This document shows positions 1 through 8,574 of a DNA stretch of 64,000 nucleotides, one piece after another. The notes under the pieces were generated by a model that was given only the letters and a program-made list of their open reading frames with translations, did not search any database and was not told where the DNA came from. Location of the stretch: contig OY970303.1 in assembly GCA_963716255.1 (NCBI GenBank), positions 736,001 through 800,000 on the forward strand, given 5' to 3'. Within the stretch, counting starts at the first letter, position 1. Each line of letters opens with the position of its first letter. Source of the stretch: an uncultured Gemmatimonadales bacterium (GTDB lineage Bacteria > Gemmatimonadota > Gemmatimonadetes > Longimicrobiales > Longimicrobiaceae). The translations under genes and the position numbers were made by a program.

Positions 1-439
1 GCGTGGCCCCCGCCGCGGCGGCGGCGCGGATCCCGGCGTCGGACAGGTCGTAGCCGTCCTCGATGCGGTGCGGCACGAAGGGCACCGCCCTGCCGCCCAT
101 GGCCCGCAGCGCCCGGGTGTAGAGCGCGGTGGAGCAGATGCCGTCCACGTCGTAGTCGCCGTGCACCAGCACCGTCTCGCCCGCGGCGATGGCGCGGCGC
201 AGGCGCGCCACGGCGTCCGCGACCCCGGCCAGCAGCTGCGGCGGGTGGATCAGCCCCGGGTGCGGCCGCAGGAACTCGCGCGCGGCGGCGGACTCGCCGT
301 AGCCGCGCTGCGCCAGCAGGCGGCAGAGCGGCGGGGGGAGGCGGAGGTCGCCGGCGAGCCGGTCCACGGCGGCCGCGTCGGGCGCGTCGGGGAAGATCCA
401 GCGGCGGGCGGGGAGGCGGGGCGGGGCGAGGGTCGGCAT
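1..439 (-). CDS. recJ: Single-stranded-DNA exonuclease RecJ, N-terminal part (runs off the window start)
   Basis: Manual minus-strand translation from ATG 439: MPTLAPPRLPARRW...LLAQRG...ETVLVHGDYDVDGICSTA...FVPHRIEDGYDLS, matching the DHH-family GDYDVDG and PxRxxxGY motifs of RecJ. Not in the ORF track because it is truncated. Confidence 0.93.
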   Translation of the reverse strand, partial: MPTLAPPRLPARRWIFPDAPDAAAVDRLAGDLRLPPPLCRLLAQRGYGESAAAREFLRPHPGLIHPPQLLAGVADAVARLRRAIAAGETVLVHGDYDVDGICSTALYTRALRAMGGRAVPFVPHRIEDGYDLSDAGIRAAAAAGAT

Positions 440-656
440 GGCTCAAAGGTATCCGGGCGGGGGACGGGGGGGCAAGCCGTGGACGCGGGGGAGATTAAAG
501 TTCAGTTAATGAAGGACACGGTGCCGTCCGCGCCGTGTACGACACCCTCGCCATCCCTTAAATTGTTTCCATACCCTCGCTTACGCTGCCGTCCCCGGGG
601 CTCCGCCCGGAGCCCGGGCACGAGGCCGCCGCGAACCGAACGCAGGAGCGCCCTTC

Positions 657-1937
657 ATGCACCAGACCCCGTTTCGGACCGCCGTCGCCGGCACGCTGCT
701 GGGCGTGAGCCTGCTGGCGGGTGTGGACCGGGTGCTCCAGGGTCCGGCCCCGGTCTCCGCCACCCCGTCGGCGCAGGCCGCGGCGCGGGCCCGCTACGCC
801 CCGGCCGCGGCGGCGCCGGCGAAGGCCGCGGCCCCGCGCTGGAAGGCGCCGGAGGACCCGCGCACGGTGGGGATGGACGCCGGGGCGCTGCACAGCGCGG
901 TGGAGAGCCTGGAGGCGCAGGTGGCGCGCGAGGGTTTCCCCGGCGCAGCGCTCGCCGTGGGCCGCGGCGCCGAGCTGGCGCTGGAGGCGGGCGTCGGCAG
1001 GATCCGCTGGGACGGCGACCGGGTGAGCCCGGACTCGTCGCTGTACGACATCGCCTCGCTGACCAAGGTGGTGGCGACGACCACGGCGGCCATGCTGCTG
1101 GTGGAGGACGGCAAGCTGGAGCTGGACGCGCCGGTGTCGCGCTACCTCCCCGAGTTCAGCGGCGGCCGCAGGGACGAGGTGACGATCCGCCACCTGCTGA
1201 CGCACACCTCCGGGCTGCCGGCGGGCGCCGGGACCTGGGGGACGCGGGAGGAGGCCCGGGCGCGGCTGGTCGCCACGCCGCTGAAGTGGGCGCCGGGCGA
1301 GCGCGTGGAGTACTCGGACGTGGGCTTCGTGGTGCTGTACGCGGCGCTGGAGCGCGCGGCGGGCCGGCCGCTTCCCGAGCTGCTGCGGGACCGCGTCTTC
1401 GTGCCGCTGGGGATGGAGTCCACGACCTTTCGCCCCGGGCTGGACTGCCGGGCGTGCGCCCCCACCGCGTGGACGGGCACGGCGGAGATCGTGGGCCGTG
1501 TCCACGACCCCATCGCCGCGAAGCTGGGCGGCGAGAACGCGGGCAACGCGGGGCTCTTCACCACCGCGCGCGACCTGGGCCGCTTCGCCGCGATGCTCGC
1601 CAGCGGCGGCGAGCTGGACGGCATTCCCGTGCTGAAGGAGGCCACGGTGAAGCAGTTCACGCAGCGGCAGCCGGGCGCCGGGACGCGTGCCCTGGGGTGG
1701 GACACGCGCGACGAGCGGGGGATCGGCGCGGCGGGGCTCGCCATGTCGGCGGGGGCGTTCGGGCACACGGGGTTCACCGGCACTTCGCTGTGGGTGGACC
1801 CGGAGCGGAAGACGTGGACGGTGCTGCTCACCAACCGCACCTACGCGCCGCGGACGTCGGTCGCGATCCAGAAGGTGCGGCGGACGGTGCACGAGGACGT
1901 GGTGCAGGCGGCGGACGCGGTCGTGCTGGCGGACTGA
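657..1937 (+). CDS. Serine hydrolase, beta-lactamase class C/AmpC-like family, probably exported
   Basis: SxxK (ASLTK), LLTHTSGL, YSD and FGHTGFTG motifs; hydrophobic N-terminus. Confidence 0.9.
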   Translation: MHQTPFRTAVAGTLLGVSLLAGVDRVLQGPAPVSATPSAQAAARARYAPAAAAPAKAAAPRWKAPEDPRTVGMDAGALHSAVESLEAQVAREGFPGAALAVGRGAELALEAGVGRIRWDGDRVSPDSSLYDIASLTKVVATTTAAMLLVEDGKLELDAPVSRYLPEFSGGRRDEVTIRHLLTHTSGLPAGAGTWGTREEARARLVATPLKWAPGERVEYSDVGFVVLYAALERAAGRPLPELLRDRVFVPLGMESTTFRPGLDCRACAPTAWTGTAEIVGRVHDPIAAKLGGENAGNAGLFTTARDLGRFAAMLASGGELDGIPVLKEATVKQFTQRQPGAGTRALGWDTRDERGIGAAGLAMSAGAFGHTGFTGTSLWVDPERKTWTVLLTNRTYAPRTSVAIQKVRRTVHEDVVQAADAVVLAD

Positions 1938-1982
1938 CGGCGATTGAGGAGTGATCCCAGAAGTGATTTGTACTGCGGGGTC

Positions 1983-2136
1983 GGGCGTGCCCCCGGCTGG
2001 CGCCGGGGTCGGGCTTCGGCTCCGTAAGCGAGCAAACTACGCTCGCTAACGGAGTCGAGCCCCGGCGGAAACAGCCCCGCCGGGTCTCGCCCCTTCGGGC
2101 CGGAATCCCTCACGCGGGGCTCGCGCTGGCGTCCGC
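1983..2136 (+). repeat. Family-1 structured intergenic element, copy A (full length)
   Basis: GGGCGTGCCCCCGGCTGGCGCCGGGGTCGGGCTTCGGCTCCGT...GTCTCGCCCCTTCGGGCCGGAATCCCTCACGCGGGGCTCGCGCTGGCGTCCGC; recurs at 12648, 13701, 18359, 45916, 52649 and 60340. Confidence 0.95.
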
Positions 2137-2215
2137 GAGGGTCCCCACCCCGGCGCTGCGCGCCACCCCTCCCCCGCGAGCGAGGGAGGGGAGAACGGCA
2201 CGGAATCCCGCAGTT

Positions 2216-2274
2216 GGCCCCCTCTCCCAGAATCGGGAGAGGGTGGCGAGCCTCAAGCGAGCCGGGTGAGGGCC
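2216..2274 (+). repeat. REP/CIR-like ~59-bp double-hairpin repeat
   Basis: GGCCCCCTCTCCC-N6-GGGAGAGGGTGGCGAGCCTCAAGCGAGCCGGGTGAGGGCC; near-identical copies at 13051-13109 (+) and 60550-60604 (-). Confidence 0.85.
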
Positions 2275-2292
2275 GTCGTCGCAGGCTGTTCC

Positions 2293-2511
2293 CTATTCCC
2301 TGTTCCCTGCCGTTTCCGGCGTGTAGCCGCGGCAGCGGAGCACGGGCAGGCGCGGGTACTTCGGGAAGGCCGGATCGACCCTGGACAGCTCGCACATGAA
2401 GAAGGTGCTCCCCTTGCCGCTGCGGACCACGCGCACGTTGGCGCAGGCGGCGCACAGGCCGGGGGAGGGCTCCGGGGGGGCGAGGTGGCGGCGCAGCGCG
2501 TCGTCGCTCAC
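2293..2511 (-). CDS. Small cysteine-containing hypothetical protein (CxxC...C...C), 72 aa
   Basis: GTG at 2511 overlaps the thioesterase stop (GTGA). Sequence GLCAACANVRVVRSGKGSTFFMC...FPKYPRLPVLRC. Confidence 0.7.
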   Translation of the reverse strand: MSDDALRRHLAPPEPSPGLCAACANVRVVRSGKGSTFFMCELSRVDPAFPKYPRLPVLRCRGYTPETAGNRE

Positions 2512-3059
2512 CGGGGCGCCTCCGCCTCCAGGGGGATCGTCTCGTGCTCGCGGAGCGCGCGCTCGGCTTCCTGCCAGGCGGCCACCGCCGGGGGCGCCGG
2601 CGGCGAGTCGACCCGGTGCGGGGAGGCGTCCACCACCTGCTGCGTGGGGACGCGGCCCTCCGGGCCCAGGAAGAGCCCCTTCACCAGCGCGGCGGCGACC
2701 ACGTCGCCTCCGCGCTCGAAGCGCTGGTCCAGGTAGAACCAGCGCTCGTCCCAGCACAGGAGCCGCGTGCGGATGCCGAACTCCTGGAAGGGGAGGAGCG
2801 AGCGCCGGTAGCGGACTTGGAGCGAGCCGATGACCGGGTTCCAGCGGCGCCGGCGCAGCGTCCCCAGCACCCCCAAGCGGACGATCAGGTCCAGGCGCCC
2901 GAGGTCCATCAGCGTCAGGTAGCGCCCGTTGTTCATGTGCAGGTTCACGTCCAGGTCGTTGGGCCACACCCGGAAGCGGATCACGGAATCCTCCAGCGGG
3001 TGCAGCCGCGGACGCCGGAACGCCCCCAGCCCCACCCGCAGGCTGCGGAGCACGGGCAT
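2508..3059 (-). CDS. Thioesterase family protein (4HBT/hotdog fold)
   Basis: RVWPNDLDVNLHMNNGRYLTLMDLGR motif; ATG at 3059 overlaps the upstream stop (TGATG). Confidence 0.9.
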   Translation of the reverse strand: MPVLRSLRVGLGAFRRPRLHPLEDSVIRFRVWPNDLDVNLHMNNGRYLTLMDLGRLDLIVRLGVLGTLRRRRWNPVIGSLQVRYRRSLLPFQEFGIRTRLLCWDERWFYLDQRFERGGDVVAAALVKGLFLGPEGRVPTQQVVDASPHRVDSPPAPPAVAAWQEAERALREHETIPLEAEAPR

Positions 3060-4198
3060 CAAGGCCGGGTGCCCCGGCCCGCGGGATCCGCCGCCGCGCC
3101 GAACGGCCGCCTCCCGCGCCCCGCCGGCTCCCACGCCGCCACCACCTCGTCCCCGCGCACGCCCCACAGGCCGTCGCTCAGGTTCACCGACACGCACACG
3201 TGGTTGGGAACCACCCGCACTCGATCGCCCACGCGCGGGCGCCAGTCGGTGCCGGACAGGTCCAGCAGCCCGTGCTCCTCGGACACCGCCTTCACGGCCA
3301 CCTCCGGCCGGTCCAGCAGCGCCCCGTAGCCGCCGCCCTCTGCGCGCAGCTCCTCCTTGGCGAGCGCCTTGGAGCCCGCGTCGACCACCGCCTGCCCGGG
3401 GACGGAGGTGCTGACCACCGTGGCGAGCACCGAGTAGGCGCACTCGTCCCAGGCGCAGGCGCCCACCATGGCCGTGGTGCGGTCGTTGAACACGTTGGTG
3501 CCGGGGCGCACCTCGGTGATCCCGGCGATCTCGTGCGAGCGCCAGAAGGTGGGGGTGGACCCGCCGCTCACCACGCCCGCCGGGACTCCTGCGGCCTCCA
3601 GCGCCTCCAGGTACGCCGCCAGCCGGTCGGAGATGGCGCGCAGCGCGGGCCCCTGCCCGCCGATGGGGCCGCGGACGTGGCCGGGGTAGAACATCACCCC
3701 CCGGAACTCCAGCCCCGCGCCCTGCGCCGCGCGCGCCAGCGCGACCGCGTCCTCCGGGGCCTGCACCCCCACCCGTCCCATCCCCGCGTCCACCTCCACC
3801 AGCACGCCCACGGAGCGTCCGGCCTCGCGGGCCGCGCGCGCCAGCCCTTCCGCGGCCTCCTTTGAGTCCAGGCCAACGGAAAGGCGGACGCGCTCCGGGA
3901 GCGCCATGAGCCGCGCCAGCTTGGAGGCGCCGAAGGGCGGGTACGCCAGCAGCACGTCGTCCGCCACGGCCGCCATGACCTCCGCCTCGCGCGGCGTGGC
4001 GACGGTGACGCCCACCGCGCCGGCGCGCAGCTGCTCGGCGGCCAGCTCCGGCGTCTTGTGCGTCTTCACGTGCGGGCGCCAGGCCAGCCCGTGCGCGCGG
4101 GTGTATTCGGCCGCGCGGCGCAGGTTGGCGCGCATGCGGTCCACGTCCACCAGCGCGGCGGGCGTTTCCAGCTCTTCCAGCGACTTGGGCTCGGTCAT
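3059..4198 (-). CDS. PLP-dependent D-threonine aldolase / D-serine dehydratase (DSD1)-like enzyme, alanine racemase fold
   Basis: LETPAALVD, RPHVKTHK (PLP lysine), SGGSTPT, SEEHG and PNHVC motifs. Confidence 0.9.
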   Translation of the reverse strand: MTEPKSLEELETPAALVDVDRMRANLRRAAEYTRAHGLAWRPHVKTHKTPELAAEQLRAGAVGVTVATPREAEVMAAVADDVLLAYPPFGASKLARLMALPERVRLSVGLDSKEAAEGLARAAREAGRSVGVLVEVDAGMGRVGVQAPEDAVALARAAQGAGLEFRGVMFYPGHVRGPIGGQGPALRAISDRLAAYLEALEAAGVPAGVVSGGSTPTFWRSHEIAGITEVRPGTNVFNDRTTAMVGACAWDECAYSVLATVVSTSVPGQAVVDAGSKALAKEELRAEGGGYGALLDRPEVAVKAVSEEHGLLDLSGTDWRPRVGDRVRVVPNHVCVSVNLSDGLWGVRGDEVVAAWEPAGRGRRPFGAAADPAGRGTRP

Positions 4199-4400
4199 GG
4201 TGCGGGCTCGGGGTACCCGGCGGACACGCCTCGGGAGCGACGGAAAATCGCACCCGGGGTCCGTGGCGGGCAAGCTCGGGGGCGGCCCGGCGGGGCGAAG
4301 GTACCGGCGCGCGGGACGCGCGAGAACACTTGTGACGCCGGAGCGGCACGCCTACGTTTCGGCCCACGCGACCCGCCCTTTCCCGCCAGCCGCCCCTCGC

Positions 4401-5354
4401 ATGTCCCTGATCTCCGCCTTCGGCGGACGCTACCTGGACCACTCCTTCACCACCCGCTTCGGCGCCCGGGTCCGCATCCTGGAGCGCCCCGGCCGCTGGA
4501 TGGACGCGGCCGCGCTCGCCGGCGTGGTGGAGGACCTGCGCGCCGTCGTCCGCAGCTCGCTCGCCAAGGAGGCGCTGGAGTACGGCGTGGTCACCGGCGA
4601 CCCCGACCGGCTGGACCGCGCCATCCTCACCCTCGTCTACGGCGAGGAGGACGGCCGCCCGGTGGCCTTCAACGCGCTCAGCATCATGGACTGCGAGCTG
4701 CGCGGCAGGCCCACCGAGGTGCTGCACCTGGGGCTGGTGATGGTGGACCCGGGGTACCGGTCGAGGGGACTGAGCGCCATCCTCTACGGGCTCACCAGCT
4801 TCCTGGTGTTCGCGCGGCGGCGCATGCGGCCCATGTGGATCAGCAACGTAACCCAGGTCCCCGCCATCGTGGGGATGGTGAGCGAATCGTTCGACCGCGT
4901 CTTCCCCGCCCCGGACCCCGCGAGCCGCCGCAGCTTCGACCACCTGTCGCTGGCGCGGCAGATCCTGGCCCGGCACCGCCACGTCTTCGGCGTGGGAGCG
5001 GACGCGGGGTTCGACGAGGAGCGCTTCGTCATCACCAACGCCTACACCGGCGGCTCCGACAACCTCAAGAAGACCTTCGCCGAGGCGCCCAAGCACCGCT
5101 CCCCGGCCCCCAACGAGATGTGCGAGCGGGAGCTGGACTACGCCCGCGGCGACGACTTCCTCCAGCTGGGGCAGTTCACGCTGGGGGCCGCCCGCGAGCA
5201 CTTCACCCGCTTCCGCTCCGTCCTCTCCCCCGTGGGGGTGGTGATGAACTTCGCCTTCCTCCTCCTGGACGCGCTGGTGGCGCCGCTGCTCCAGTGGTTC
5301 GATCCCTCGCGCCCGATGGGCGACCTCCGCCCCTGGAAGGAGACCCCCGCATGA
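4401..5354 (+). CDS. GNAT-fold protein (putative N-acyltransferase)
   Basis: LHLGLVMVDPGYRSRGLS resembles GNAT motif A; first gene of an overlapping five-gene operon; start chosen at ATG 4401. Confidence 0.65.
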   Translation: MSLISAFGGRYLDHSFTTRFGARVRILERPGRWMDAAALAGVVEDLRAVVRSSLAKEALEYGVVTGDPDRLDRAILTLVYGEEDGRPVAFNALSIMDCELRGRPTEVLHLGLVMVDPGYRSRGLSAILYGLTSFLVFARRRMRPMWISNVTQVPAIVGMVSESFDRVFPAPDPASRRSFDHLSLARQILARHRHVFGVGADAGFDEERFVITNAYTGGSDNLKKTFAEAPKHRSPAPNEMCERELDYARGDDFLQLGQFTLGAAREHFTRFRSVLSPVGVVMNFAFLLLDALVAPLLQWFDPSRPMGDLRPWKETPA

Positions 5355-6253
5355 GCACACCCGCCCCGCCGGATGCCCCGGCTTTCGACTACGCCGAGAT
5401 GACCACCCGCAACGCCGGCTTCGTGACCGACGCGGAGCAGGCCACGCTGCGCACCACCCCCGTCTTCGTCTGCGGGGTGGGCGGGATGGGCGGCGCCGCG
5501 GTGCAGGCGCTGGCGCGCGCCGGGATGGAGCGGCTGGCGATCGCGGACATGGACCGCTTCGAGGTGTCCAACCTCAACCGGCAGGTGTTCGCGGACATGG
5601 CCAACGTGGGCACCGGGAAGGTGGAGGCCACGGTGGCGAGGCTGGCCGCCATCAACCCCGGGCTGCGCCCGCGCACCTACGGCCGGGAGTGGACGGAGCG
5701 GCTGGACGAGATCCTGGCCGAGCACCGCATCGTGGTCAACGGCATGGACGACCTGGCGGCGGGGATCCACCTGTACCGCAGGGCGCGCGAGCACGGCGCC
5801 ACCGTCATCGACGCCTACACCTCGCCGCTCCCCTCCGTCACCGTGGTGCGCCCCGGCGACCCGCGGCCCGAGGAGCGGCTGGGCTTTCCCACCGTGGGCA
5901 AGCCCTGGGACGCGCTCACCCCCGCCGACGCGGACGGGTGCAAGCTGGCGGAGGCGACGTACGTGATGGTGCACTCGAGCTCGGCGGAGCACATCGACCT
6001 GGGCTTCGCCGGGGAGATGCTGGCCGGGAAGCGGAGCCGGCCCTCCTTCGCGCCGATGGTGATCCTCACCGGCAACCTGATGGCGTTCGAGGTGGTGAAG
6101 CTGGCGCTGGGCCGCCCCTCGGGGGTGGACTTCCGCGGCGCCTTCTTCAACCCGTGGACCTTCCGCACCGAGCACCCGCGCTCCGCCGCGGTGGCGTGGC
6201 TGCGCGAGCAGGTGGTGCGGCGCAAGATCCGGGAGCTGGTGAATGGAGGCTGA
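5351..6253 (+). CDS. ThiF/MoeB/E1-like adenylyltransferase
   Basis: GVGGMG nucleotide-binding loop, ADMDRFEVSNLNRQ and GKVEA; ATGA overlap with the previous gene. Confidence 0.92.
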   Translation: MSTPAPPDAPAFDYAEMTTRNAGFVTDAEQATLRTTPVFVCGVGGMGGAAVQALARAGMERLAIADMDRFEVSNLNRQVFADMANVGTGKVEATVARLAAINPGLRPRTYGREWTERLDEILAEHRIVVNGMDDLAAGIHLYRRAREHGATVIDAYTSPLPSVTVVRPGDPRPEERLGFPTVGKPWDALTPADADGCKLAEATYVMVHSSSAEHIDLGFAGEMLAGKRSRPSFAPMVILTGNLMAFEVVKLALGRPSGVDFRGAFFNPWTFRTEHPRSAAVAWLREQVVRRKIRELVNGG

Positions 6254-7472
6254 CGCCGTCGGCATCGACGTGCTGGTCACCTGGCTGGGCGCCACGGGCG
6301 CGCTCAGCTACCTGGTGCACATCGTCCGCGACCCCAGCCGCAGCCCGCTGGAGCGGCGCGCCGTGCTCCTGCTGGGGGTGCTCGCCGCGCTCCTGCTGGT
6401 GCGCGGCTTCGCCTGGCTGCGCATGGACGACGCCCTGCTGCGGCGCGCGACCTTCGCGGCGGCCACCCTGCTCCCGCTGGCGATGCTGCTGTTCGTGGAG
6501 GGGCTGCTGCGCCGGCACCTCCCGCTCCCCGCCAAGCTGCTGGCCGCGGGGAGCAGCATGCTCTTCTTCGCGCTCAACCTGACGCCGGAAGCGGTCCGCG
6601 CCCCGGCGATCTCCCGCGCCTTCCCGGTGGCGCTGGTGGGCGTGATGGCGATGCTCGGCGCCTTCCTCCTGGCGCGCCGCCGCGACACCCTGTCGCCCAC
6701 CGAGAACCGCCTGGTCGCCGGGTGCCTGCTGGCGGTGCTCGCGGGGCTCCCGCTCGCCGCGAGCGACTTCCGGCTGGAGCTGGGATTTCCCTCGCAGCGC
6801 TGGGGCGCCGTGGGCGTGCTGCTCTTCGTCTACACGCTCACGCGCATGGCCCGCGCGCCGGAGGGAGCCGGCGGCGCGGCGTCCGACTTCGGGTGGATCG
6901 CCGCGAAGGCGCTGCTGCTCGCCACGCTGGCGGCGCTGCTCTGGCCCGGCGGGGTCGCGGCCTGGGGACGCGCCCTGCCGCTGGCCGTGGCGCTGGTGCT
7001 GCTGTTCGCGGTGTGGGAGCGCCTGCGCGCCCTGGGCGCCGCCGAGGGCGAGGCGGGGCTGCTGCGCTGGCTGGCGCGCGCCCCCACCGACTCGCTGGAC
7101 GCCTTCGCCGCCTGGCTCCGCCGCTACCCGCTCACCGAGCAGCACCTGATCCTGGGTCCCGACGAGCTGCGCGCCTACCGCGCGGCGAGCCTGGCGCTCC
7201 TCTTCGGGGGCGGCTCCGCGCTCTGCTCGGCGGCGCGGCTGCGGCGGATGGGCCCCGGCGCGCCGCGCGAGGAGCTGGACGCGGCCGAGCAGATGGCGGA
7301 CGTGCTGGAGCGCTACGAGATGACGCACGCCTGCCTGCTGGGCGCCGAGCCGCTGCGGCTCCTGCTGGTGCACCTCCCGGAGATCACCGGGAACCGCGAC
7401 GCGGAGCTGGAGCTGGAGGTGATCGGCCACCAGGCGAGCCTGGCCCTGGCGCGGGAGACGGCGCGTGCTTGA
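6243..7472 (+). CDS. Multi-pass membrane protein with soluble C-terminal domain, function unknown
   Basis: Roughly 8-9 hydrophobic segments in the first ~260 aa, then a polar ~140-aa tail; overlaps both neighbours. Confidence 0.8.
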   Translation: MEADAVGIDVLVTWLGATGALSYLVHIVRDPSRSPLERRAVLLLGVLAALLLVRGFAWLRMDDALLRRATFAAATLLPLAMLLFVEGLLRRHLPLPAKLLAAGSSMLFFALNLTPEAVRAPAISRAFPVALVGVMAMLGAFLLARRRDTLSPTENRLVAGCLLAVLAGLPLAASDFRLELGFPSQRWGAVGVLLFVYTLTRMARAPEGAGGAASDFGWIAAKALLLATLAALLWPGGVAAWGRALPLAVALVLLFAVWERLRALGAAEGEAGLLRWLARAPTDSLDAFAAWLRRYPLTEQHLILGPDELRAYRAASLALLFGGGSALCSAARLRRMGPGAPREELDAAEQMADVLERYEMTHACLLGAEPLRLLLVHLPEITGNRDAELELEVIGHQASLALARETARA

Positions 7473-8574
7473 GCTCCGCGACGACGACTTCGAGGCGTTC
7501 TTCCAGGTCCCTTTCCTCGTCTACCCGCGCTCGTCGCCCTACGTGTCCCCCATGAAGGCGGACGTGGAGCGCTTCCTGCGCGTGGACGCGAACCCGCTGT
7601 GGAAGCACGAGGGGGCGCGCCGCGTGCTCACCGCGCACCGCGGCGGCGCGCCCGTGGGGCGCATCGTGGCGCACGTGCACCACGCCTCCAACCGGCGGCA
7701 CGGCTGGCGGCGCGGCTACTTCGGCTTCCTGGACTGCGCGGACGACACGGAGGTCGCGGCGCTCCTCCTGGGCGAGGCCGAGTCGTTCGCGCGCTCGCAC
7801 GGCTGCGACGAGCTGATGGGCAACTTCAACCTCACCGCCATGCAGCAGGTGGGGGTGGTCACCGGCGGCTTCGACGCGGCGCCCTACACCGACCAGCACT
7901 TCAACCCGCCGCACGTCCCCCGCCTGCTGGAAGCCTGCGGCTACGCCCCGGAGTTTCCCATGAGCACCTGGGAGGTGGACCTGCGCGGGTTCGACCCCGA
8001 CACGCTTCTGGGCGACGCGGCGCGCGAGCGCCTGGCGGACCCCTCGCTCCGCTGGGAAACGCTGCGCGCCCGCGACTTCGGCCGCGTCCTGGGCGACATC
8101 CGCGTGGTCCTCAACGACGGCTTCGACCGCAACCCCATGTTCGTCCCGCTCACGCCCCAGGAGATGGAGTTCCAGGCAAAGGACATGGCCACCATCCTGG
8201 ACCCGCGCATCGCCGCGCTCGTCCACGACGGCGAGGGCCCGGCGGGGACGGTGGTCTGCATCCCCGACCTCAACCCGCTCCTCCGGGCCATGAAGTCCCG
8301 CTACGGGCTGCTCGCCCCCTGGCACTTCCTGCGCTTCCGGCTGGCGCGCAGGCGCGCCGTCATCATCCTGTACTCGGTGGCGTCGCGGATGCAGGGGCGC
8401 GGCCTCAACGCGGCCATGCTCTTCCGCGTCACCACGGCGCTCAGGGCGGCGGGGTACACGCACCTGGGGATCACCTGGATCGCCGACGTGAACCAGGCCA
8501 GCCTGCGCCAGGTGCAGAAGATGGGCGCGCGGCGGCTGCACCGAGTGCACCTGTTCCGCAGGGCGCTCGCGTGA
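7465..8574 (+). CDS. Tandem-GNAT N-acyltransferase, YghO / bacterial ceramide synthase-like
   Basis: GRIVAH, GYFGFLD, FNPPHVPRLLEACGY, IPDLNP, MQGRGLN and TWIADVN are typical of this GNAT family. Confidence 0.75.
   Translation: MLELRDDDFEAFFQVPFLVYPRSSPYVSPMKADVERFLRVDANPLWKHEGARRVLTAHRGGAPVGRIVAHVHHASNRRHGWRRGYFGFLDCADDTEVAALLLGEAESFARSHGCDELMGNFNLTAMQQVGVVTGGFDAAPYTDQHFNPPHVPRLLEACGYAPEFPMSTWEVDLRGFDPDTLLGDAARERLADPSLRWETLRARDFGRVLGDIRVVLNDGFDRNPMFVPLTPQEMEFQAKDMATILDPRIAALVHDGEGPAGTVVCIPDLNPLLRAMKSRYGLLAPWHFLRFRLARRRAVIILYSVASRMQGRGLNAAMLFRVTTALRAAGYTHLGITWIADVNQASLRQVQKMGARRLHRVHLFRRALA

Noticed and set aside
68..1954. Many long alternative-frame or antisense ORFs (e.g. 68-1954, 15799-20823, 28001-31264, 45914-48982, 53979-56867)
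   Set aside because: Arg/Gly/Pro/Ala-rich shadow ORFs expected at this GC content; each overlaps a gene with recognisable motifs in another frame.
1983..2136. Family 1 as a tRNA, hammerhead or HDV-like ribozyme
   Set aside because: No T-loop/D-loop or CCA end, and no CUGANGA/GAAA core. The GCTGGCGCCGG resemblance to HDV is short and I could not build the nested double pseudoknot by eye. A formal Infernal search is still needed.
1841..2455. Recurrent peptides such as [21 protein letters not shown] and YGAEARPRRQPGARP in several ORFs, suggesting a protein family
   Set aside because: They are translations of the family-1 DNA repeat in different frames; conservation follows base pairing rather than codons.
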